Positions 17,575 to 23,568 of a DNA stretch of 26,816 bases are shown here, piece after piece. The number at the start of each line of letters is the position of its first letter. The first letter of the stretch is position 1. Made by a program: the position numbers and the translations under genes. The notes beneath the pieces are model-generated. The model was not told the DNA's origin and made no database searches. It saw only the letters and a list, made by a program, of their open reading frames with translations. The DNA comes from a virus (Duplodnaviria; Caudoviricetes): IMG/VR virus record IMGVR_UViG_3300044613_002866, positions 1 through 26,816 of that record, one strand, 5' to 3'.

Positions 17575-18342
17575 ATGAGCAAAATCAGCTTCGAGGATCT
17601 CGAAAAGCAACCGGCTGCCACAGAGGAAAAAACCCTCGTGACCGCCGAATCCAAACAACTCGCGACCGCCGTGCCGGTGGGTAATCCGGCCAACGGCTTG
17701 ATCGGCGAGTGGACCGCCCAAGACACGCGCCTCCCGCGCCTCAACTTGGTCAACAAGTCGGGTGAACTAGCCAATACGTTCATCCCTGGCACCTACGTCA
17801 TCAACAAGGAGCACCAGATCAACGGCTTGGCCGAAGGCTCCCGCGAAAAGAGCGCACCACTCAACGTGATCGTCGCTTCAATGGCCAAGCAATACCAAGA
17901 GAACATTCCGTTTGAAGAACGCGACGCGAAGCCCGCGCAGGTCTTCAACAGCTCGTCCGAAGTGTTCGCCTCCGGCGGTCGCATCGACAGGGCGCAGAAA
18001 GAAGGCTGCTTCTCCGAGATCGCGCACATCGAGCTGTTCATCGAGCAGCCTGAGACGCTCGACGAGGACGCGGCGGCGTTGTTCTACAACACGCTCGGCG
18101 GAAAGAAATTCGCCCGTGTCATCTGGACAGTTTCGGGAACGGCGTTCGGCGCCGTCGCTGTGACTGTGGCCTCGGCCCTGCGCGGTCATCTCTCGCAGAC
18201 GGGTATCGTCGGCGGATGGTGGCATCTGTCTTCCAACCTCATCAAGGGGCAGAAGAACAGTTGGTGGCAACCGGCAATCCGCACCAACGGACTGACCGAA
18301 ACCAAACTCCGCGAAGAAGTCGAAGCGGTTCTTTTCAAATAA
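17575..18342 (+). CDS. putative single-stranded DNA-binding/annealing protein
   Basis: lies between the nuclease and the polymerase; DTRLPRLNLVNK motif; ATG 17575 follows an A/C-rich leader. Confidence 0.55.
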   Translation: MSKISFEDLEKQPAATEEKTLVTAESKQLATAVPVGNPANGLIGEWTAQDTRLPRLNLVNKSGELANTFIPGTYVINKEHQINGLAEGSREKSAPLNVIVASMAKQYQENIPFEERDAKPAQVFNSSSEVFASGGRIDRAQKEGCFSEIAHIELFIEQPETLDEDAAALFYNTLGGKKFARVIWTVSGTAFGAVAVTVASALRGHLSQTGIVGGWWHLSSNLIKGQKNSWWQPAIRTNGLTETKLREEVEAVLFK

Positions 18343-18348
18343 CAACCT

Positions 18349-18447
18349 TTGGCAGGATCAGGGATTGCGGCGGCGGTTAAGGTTTTATCCTCTGGTTATT
18401 TCTAGTCCCCTGTTCCCGTAACCGCATAAAAGCGGGAACCCTGCCAA
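18349..18447 (+). ncRNA. candidate structured RNA (multi-stem junction with pseudoknot)
   Basis: TTGGCAGG/CCTGCCAA outer stem; CAGGGATT/AGTCCCCTG and GTTCCCG/CGGGAAC inner stems; loop-loop GCGGTTA/TAACCGC. Confidence 0.6.
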
Positions 18448-18455
18448 TCAACTCA

Positions 18456-18507
18456 GCTTCCGGTCGGAGGAAAACAGCATTGGGGGCATGGGCCTCCGGC
18501 CGGAAGC
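18456..18507 (+). other. 15-bp stem hairpin with 22-nt loop (terminator or second RNA domain)
   Basis: GCTTCCGGTCGGAGG / CCTCCGGCCGGAAGC (one G-U pair) followed by CACTTTTCT. Confidence 0.55.
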
Positions 18508-18516
18508 CACTTTTCT

Positions 18517-18912
18517 ATGGGAGCAATGAAACAACACATTCTTGAACAACAAGACCGCGACGAGCGTGTCGAACGCCTGAAGGAACTCAACAACATGGAG
18601 TCCGACCAGGAATGGATCGACACCCTCGCCGACATCATCGGGATCGAGACCGATCTCGGCAGGAAATCATTCCACGCGCTGTGCGAAGCAGCCATCCTTC
18701 TGGACTCAAAAAACCGCGACTACGGTCCGGGAAACATTTCGGCTTTTGGTGAGCGCGGTGTGGTCGTGCGACTAAACGACAAGGTCGAAAGGCTGAAGAC
18801 ACTGGTCTGGAACGGAAAGAGTCCAGAACACGAGAAAGTCGCGGACACTTGGATCGACATCGCCAACTACGGAATTATCGGCCTGCTCTGCCACAAAGGC
18901 GTGTGGAAATGA
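18517..18912 (+). CDS. nucleotide modification-associated domain 1 (Nmad1/DUF1599-like) protein
   Basis: KNRDYG..N...G..GVVVRLNDKVERL...DTWIDIANYGII. Confidence 0.8.
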   Translation: MGAMKQHILEQQDRDERVERLKELNNMESDQEWIDTLADIIGIETDLGRKSFHALCEAAILLDSKNRDYGPGNISAFGERGVVVRLNDKVERLKTLVWNGKSPEHEKVADTWIDIANYGIIGLLCHKGVWK

Positions 18913-19103
18913 CCGCACGTCGAGTCTGTTCCGCGATGGCTATGGCCGTCACCGCAGCCGTGGTTGTCGGGTTTGGCTCCGCATATCTAGAGGTTCATAA
19001 GCGCCACCAGATGTCGGAAGAACTCGCGCAATGGCAACTCGAAGAGTGGAAAGAAAACCTGCTCACCGAGCGCCAACGCGAACTTATCGGAGGGAGCAAA
19101 TGA
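18909..19103 (+). CDS. small membrane-anchored protein
   Basis: ATGA overlap; hydrophobic SAMAMAVTAAVVVGFGSAYL followed by a charged helix. Confidence 0.6.
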   Translation: MTARRVCSAMAMAVTAAVVVGFGSAYLEVHKRHQMSEELAQWQLEEWKENLLTERQRELIGGSK

Positions 19104-19189
19104 TCCCGATCGTCGGACTGTTCGTTTCTTGGGTCGGTCTATTCGGATTCGGAGCATGGCTCGCCGCCAAAGGAGGAGATGCTAAATGA
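19100..19189 (+). CDS. 29-aa membrane peptide (not in ORF track)
   Basis: MIPIVGLFVSWVGLFGFGAWLAAKGGDAK; ATGA overlaps at both ends; GGAGG upstream. Confidence 0.6.
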   Translation: MIPIVGLFVSWVGLFGFGAWLAAKGGDAK

Positions 19190-19458
19190 GAACTTACACT
19201 GTCGTCATCGACGAAGACGTTCCTCTAGCAGACAAGAAACCAGGCGAACAGTCGCGGTATCAACATCCGCTGTCCTACCTACTGGGTAATCTGAACGTCG
19301 GCGACTCGTTCATCTATCCGGCCTCGACCTGTGAAGGGTTCAATGGGCTGCGATCCATTGCATCAAGCACCGGCCGTCGCGGCGGTAAGAAGTTCGCGAC
19401 CCGACTCGTCACTGACGGAGAAGGCGTCGATCGCCTTCGTTTCTGGAGGACGGCATGA
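19186..19458 (+). CDS. small putative DNA-binding protein
   Basis: strong SD AGGAGG; LNVGDSF...KKFATR...RFWR. Confidence 0.7.
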   Translation: MRTYTVVIDEDVPLADKKPGEQSRYQHPLSYLLGNLNVGDSFIYPASTCEGFNGLRSIASSTGRRGGKKFATRLVTDGEGVDRLRFWRTA

Positions 19459-19568
19459 GCGCCGGTTGGTTTCTCATCGGTCTCGCCGTCGGCATTGTGC
19501 TCGGCGGACTCGCAACCTACGGAGCCATCTTCGCGTGGGCGGTCCGCAACGGAGAACGCGAGGGATGA
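19455..19568 (+). CDS. 37-aa membrane peptide (not in ORF track)
   Basis: MSAGWFLIGLAVGIVLGGLATYGAIFAWAVRNGEREG; GGAGG SD; ATGA overlap. Confidence 0.6.
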   Translation: MSAGWFLIGLAVGIVLGGLATYGAIFAWAVRNGEREG

Positions 19569-19571
19569 GTT

Positions 19572-19826
19572 ATGCCACACGTTCTGGACAATCTCGCTTT
19601 ACTCAAGGGGTGTATGCGGAAGCGTCCGTTCGAGTCAAAGGAAGCAGCCGAGTCGTTGAATCCAGAGGACTTCCGCGTCTATCTCTGTCCCTTTTGCAAC
19701 AAGTGGCATCGGTCGTCCAAGCCGCACCTCAAACAAAAACTCATCGCGAGGAAAAAACGCGACAAGCAATACCGCAAGGCGAAGGCGCTAAAGCGCAAAG
19801 AGTTCTTCAAGCAGTATGACCCCTGA
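19572..19826 (+). CDS. zinc-finger protein
   Basis: C..KRPF.....A ... YLCPFCNKWH; basic tail. Confidence 0.7.
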   Translation: MPHVLDNLALLKGCMRKRPFESKEAAESLNPEDFRVYLCPFCNKWHRSSKPHLKQKLIARKKRDKQYRKAKALKRKEFFKQYDP

Positions 19827-20007
19827 CGTTACCATAGGTCGCATCAACTTCGGGCCGCGTGATTCATTCACGACGCTCGGGCAGGTGGTCGAGAAACTTG
19901 CAGCCCAAGAGGAATTGATCGACGGCCTGCTTCTTCTCGTCAGCGATCTGAAGACCGAAAACGCGTGGCTGCGGTCGCACCTTCCAGAACAACTTCACGA
20001 ACTCTGA
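19816..20007 (+). CDS. small coiled-coil hypothetical protein
   Basis: 63 aa; heptad LVSDLKTENAWLR; abuts the polymerase. Confidence 0.6.
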   Translation: MTPDVTIGRINFGPRDSFTTLGQVVEKLAAQEELIDGLLLLVSDLKTENAWLRSHLPEQLHEL

Positions 20008-20009
20008 TC

Positions 20010-21821
20010 ATGGCTGTCGCGATCGACTTTGAATCCTACTACGACAACGAAACGAGCGTGACCACGCTCGGGGCTTACAACTACGCCCGCGCCACGGACA
20101 TCTACATGGTCGCTATGTATTCGGACGCCGGTTGGCAGTATGTCGGGCCACCGGCCGGTGCGCCGTGGGATGCTTGCGCCGGTCAAGAATGGCTCATGCA
20201 CAACGCTGCGTTCGACCTGACGCTTTACCAAGCGTTGGTCGAGGAGGGGAAAGTCAAACGAGTCGAGCCGAAGGCGGTCTACGACACTGCGGACATGGCG
20301 GCCTACCTCGGATACCCGCGCTCGCTCAAGGAAGCCGCTTTCTATCTGGCCCACCTCGAGCTGAAGAAGTCCACCCGCGACAACATGAAAGGCCGGCATT
20401 ACACCGTGCCTCCTGGAACGGACTTTCTCGCGCTACCCAAACGCAAGCGGATGGACAACGATTTCAAGATGGAGATCGCCCGTTACGCGCTTCTGGATGC
20501 CAAAGCCACGCTGCAAATCTGGAAGATCCACGGACACAAGTGGCCGGAACATGAACGCCTGATCTCCAAGAAAACCCGCGAGATGACCATGCGCGGTGTC
20601 CCTTTAGATGTGGAAGCGACCAAAAGGGCGACGGTAATCCTCGAAGAAGAAGCGGAACGCGCTGCCAAGCTCATCCCCTGGGCGGGAGACTCGGACATCG
20701 CGCTCCTCTCGCTCCAAGCGATCAGGGATCAATGCACCAAGGAAGGCATTCGTGCGCCCTCCACCTTCGCCGAGAAAACGACCGAAGGAGCCGAGTGGGA
20801 AGCGGAATTTGCCGACCAGTATCCGTGGGTTCGTGCCGTGCGGGACTACCGCAAAAGCAATAAGCACCTCAAGACAGTCCGCGCCATGCTCGCGAGGAAA
20901 AAGCCCGCCTCGGTCTGGATGCCATACGACATGAAATACTTCGGGGCCGTGACCGGACGCGACAGCGGCTCGGGCGGATGGAACGCGCAGAATCTCCCCA
21001 AAGGCCAAGTGGCCGGTGTGGACATCCGCAACCTGATCAAAGCCCCCGAAGGCTACACGCTCCTGATCTGCGACCTCTCCCAGATCGAAGCGCGGTGCAT
21101 CTGCTATCTGGCCCGTGATTGGAAAAGCCTTGAGCTGATGAAAGGCTCCGACGTTTACGAAGCGCACGCCCGAGCAACGATGGGCTACACCGACCCGCGT
21201 CCACTCAAGGACGTGGACAAGAAAATGCGCCAGCTCGCCAAGGCCCGCGTCTTGGGCTTGGGCTACGGCTGCGGGGCGGAGAAGTTCCGCTACGTGGCCA
21301 AGATCATGGCCGGACTCGACATATCTTCGCAGGAAGCGCAAGAAATCGTGCAGTCCTACCGCCAGTCAAACGTCGCCGTCACCCGCCTGTGGCGGACTCT
21401 TGACCGGACGATGCGGAACTCCATCGACAGTAAGGAGCAGAATTTCACAGTCACCCTCCCCTCGGGCCGCGAGTTGGTCTACCGCAACGTGACCTGCTCG
21501 GGCGAAGGCCGTGGTGACTACCAGTGCAAAATCCCGCGCAACGGAATCATGGCCACGACCAAGCTGTATGGCGGTCTGCTGGCAGAAAATATCACCCAGG
21601 CGTTGGCGAGGGATGTTTTCATGGATCGCTACCTCGCGCTGGAAGCCGCTCGCTTCCAAGTGCTGATGCGCGTCCACGACGAAGTTGTCATACTCGTCGA
21701 AGAAAGATTGAGCGAAACCGCCAAGACCGAGGTCGAACGTATCATGGTCACGCCGCCGGAATGGTGTCCGGCGCTGCCCCTCGGTGCGGAAGTCGTGACC
21801 TCAAAAATATATCTGAAGTAA
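20010..21821 (+). CDS. polA: family A DNA polymerase (3'-5' exonuclease + polymerase)
   Basis: Exo I DFES, Exo II HNAAFD, Exo III YALLD; motif A DLSQIEAR, motif B RQLAKARVLGLGYG, motif C VHDE. Confidence 0.93.
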   Translation: MAVAIDFESYYDNETSVTTLGAYNYARATDIYMVAMYSDAGWQYVGPPAGAPWDACAGQEWLMHNAAFDLTLYQALVEEGKVKRVEPKAVYDTADMAAYLGYPRSLKEAAFYLAHLELKKSTRDNMKGRHYTVPPGTDFLALPKRKRMDNDFKMEIARYALLDAKATLQIWKIHGHKWPEHERLISKKTREMTMRGVPLDVEATKRATVILEEEAERAAKLIPWAGDSDIALLSLQAIRDQCTKEGIRAPSTFAEKTTEGAEWEAEFADQYPWVRAVRDYRKSNKHLKTVRAMLARKKPASVWMPYDMKYFGAVTGRDSGSGGWNAQNLPKGQVAGVDIRNLIKAPEGYTLLICDLSQIEARCICYLARDWKSLELMKGSDVYEAHARATMGYTDPRPLKDVDKKMRQLAKARVLGLGYGCGAEKFRYVAKIMAGLDISSQEAQEIVQSYRQSNVAVTRLWRTLDRTMRNSIDSKEQNFTVTLPSGRELVYRNVTCSGEGRGDYQCKIPRNGIMATTKLYGGLLAENITQALARDVFMDRYLALEAARFQVLMRVHDEVVILVEERLSETAKTEVERIMVTPPEWCPALPLGAEVVTSKIYLK

Positions 21822-21827
21822 TAACCC

Positions 21828-22037
21828 ATGCTGCCCCACAACCTTATCCGTAACTTTGAGCGTATCAGCGATTGGCGCACACCCGACCGCTATCAGGAAG
21901 AGAACGACGGCTACGTCACCATCGAGCGCGACCCGCTCCACCGCAAACACGAGGCGTTCTGCTGGAAGGCGGACATGACCCACGAACACCTCCTTACGAT
22001 GTGGATGGGCGGACATTGGTTTGTCCGTAAAGCATAA
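21828..22037 (+). CDS. hypothetical protein
   Basis: 69 aa ORF filling the polymerase-MTase gap; ATAACC leader. Confidence 0.6.
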   Translation: MLPHNLIRNFERISDWRTPDRYQEENDGYVTIERDPLHRKHEAFCWKADMTHEHLLTMWMGGHWFVRKA

Positions 22038-22050
22038 CCTCACCACCTCG

Positions 22051-23568
22051 ATGAAATACCTTTCCGTCTGTTCCGGCATCGAAGCGGCCTCGGTCGCGTG
22101 GGAGCCGCTCGGCTGGCAACCAGCCGCGTTCTCCGAAATCGAACCCTTTCCTTCGGCGGTGCTCGCCCACCACTGGCCGTCGGTTCCCAACATGGGCGAC
22201 ATGACTAAATATGAAGAATGGAAACTTGATCCAATCGGAATTCTGGTCGGCGGAACGCCATGCCAGTCCTTCTCCGTCGCCGGCCTCCGCAAAGGTCTCA
22301 AAGACTCGCGGGGAGGACTCATGCTTACCTATCTGGAAATCGCTCAACATTTTCGGCCTCGATGGATTGTCTGGGAAAACGTCCCCGGCGTCCTCAGTTC
22401 AAACGGAGGACGGGACTTTGGTTCCTTCCTCGGGGCGTTGGGCGACTTGGGGTATGGGTGGGCTTATCGCGTGCTCGATGCTCAGTGGGTCAGAACACAA
22501 CGGCATCCCCGTGCCGTCGCGCAACGCAGGCGACGTGTGTTCGTTGTCGGATGTCTTGGAGACCCGATCCGTGCCGCCAAGGTTCTATTTGAGTCCGAAA
22601 GCGTGTGCCGGGATTATAAGGCGGGCGGCAAAAAGAAACAAAGTCCTGCCGGAGCATCTTCGCCGCGCTCTGGAAGCGGGATCCAAGTCGCCGGAGCCCT
22701 CGACACCCAATGCGGTGGCGGCAAGCTGACCCACCAATCTCTGGCCAACGGCCACGTCGTCGGCGCTCTCTCGGCGGAAGACGGCGAGCAGGGGCTCACC
22801 ACAGTCCAAGCAGCCAAGTCGGGGATGCTGATCGCCACGGGCGACGGGCAGACTGCCGATCCGCTCACGGCGCACGAAGCCAATACTTACACGCACGAAG
22901 GCTCCACGTTCCGGCTGCGGAATTGCGTGGCGCTACAAGACACCACGACGCGGGAGAAAGGCCAGAACGGCAAGGGCTGGAGCGACGATGGCTCAAGCTA
23001 CACGCTGGACGCCGCCGCGACTCAGGGAGTTGCAACCATCGCGCCTCCCCTCACCCGCAATCCCTACGGCGACCACGAGTCCCGCGAAGGCGTCCTCGTT
23101 CCGGCCCGCATGGCGGCGTTCGGCGAATACGTGGAAGACGAGACCGCATCGACCATGAAGGCCCGTGACTTCCGCGACGCGACGGACTTGGTTGCCCACT
23201 CGCTGAGAGGCGAAGGGTTCGACGCAAGCGAAGACGGCACAGGACGCGGGACGCCGATTGCCGTCGACACCTACAACCAGACAGTCAGCGATACCTCGCA
23301 AGCCATTTCATCGGCGGCGAGCGACATCAACCACACCGGCGGGGTGATCGTGCCGCACGCCGTCCGCCGCCTCACCCCCACGGAGTGTGAAAGGCTTCAA
23401 GGCTTTAATGACGGACACACCCTCATCCCTTGGAAGGGTAAACCCGCCGACCAATGCCCTGACGGGCCACGCTACAAAGCCCTCGGTAACTCGATGGCCG
23501 TGAACTGTATGGAATGGATCGGCCAACGCATCGCTTTCTACGAACATCATAACCTAACAACCCCATGA
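22051..23568 (+). CDS. DNA (cytosine-5) methyltransferase
   Basis: SVCSGIE, GGTPCQSFS, WENVPG, QRRRRVF, RRLTPTECERLQGF, LGNSM. Confidence 0.92.
   Translation: MKYLSVCSGIEAASVAWEPLGWQPAAFSEIEPFPSAVLAHHWPSVPNMGDMTKYEEWKLDPIGILVGGTPCQSFSVAGLRKGLKDSRGGLMLTYLEIAQHFRPRWIVWENVPGVLSSNGGRDFGSFLGALGDLGYGWAYRVLDAQWVRTQRHPRAVAQRRRRVFVVGCLGDPIRAAKVLFESESVCRDYKAGGKKKQSPAGASSPRSGSGIQVAGALDTQCGGGKLTHQSLANGHVVGALSAEDGEQGLTTVQAAKSGMLIATGDGQTADPLTAHEANTYTHEGSTFRLRNCVALQDTTTREKGQNGKGWSDDGSSYTLDAAATQGVATIAPPLTRNPYGDHESREGVLVPARMAAFGEYVEDETASTMKARDFRDATDLVAHSLRGEGFDASEDGTGRGTPIAVDTYNQTVSDTSQAISSAASDINHTGGVIVPHAVRRLTPTECERLQGFNDGHTLIPWKGKPADQCPDGPRYKALGNSMAVNCMEWIGQRIAFYEHHNLTTP
22211..22729 (+). CDS. alternative-frame polypeptide nested in the C5-MTase (M.EcoHK31I beta-like)
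   Basis: +1 frame open for 172 codons; SSGRWATWGM...CSLSDVLET..VPPRFYLSPKACAGIIRRA. Confidence 0.6.
   Translation: MKNGNLIQSEFWSAERHASPSPSPASAKVSKTRGEDSCLPIWKSLNIFGLDGLSGKTSPASSVQTEDGTLVPSSGRWATWGMGGLIACSMLSGSEHNGIPVPSRNAGDVCSLSDVLETRSVPPRFYLSPKACAGIIRRAAKRNKVLPEHLRRALEAGSKSPEPSTPNAVAAS

Noticed and set aside
18349-18447. Twister ribozyme or preQ1 riboswitch (ATAAAAG segment)
   Set aside because: Other conserved core nucleotides and topology of those families could not be matched by eye
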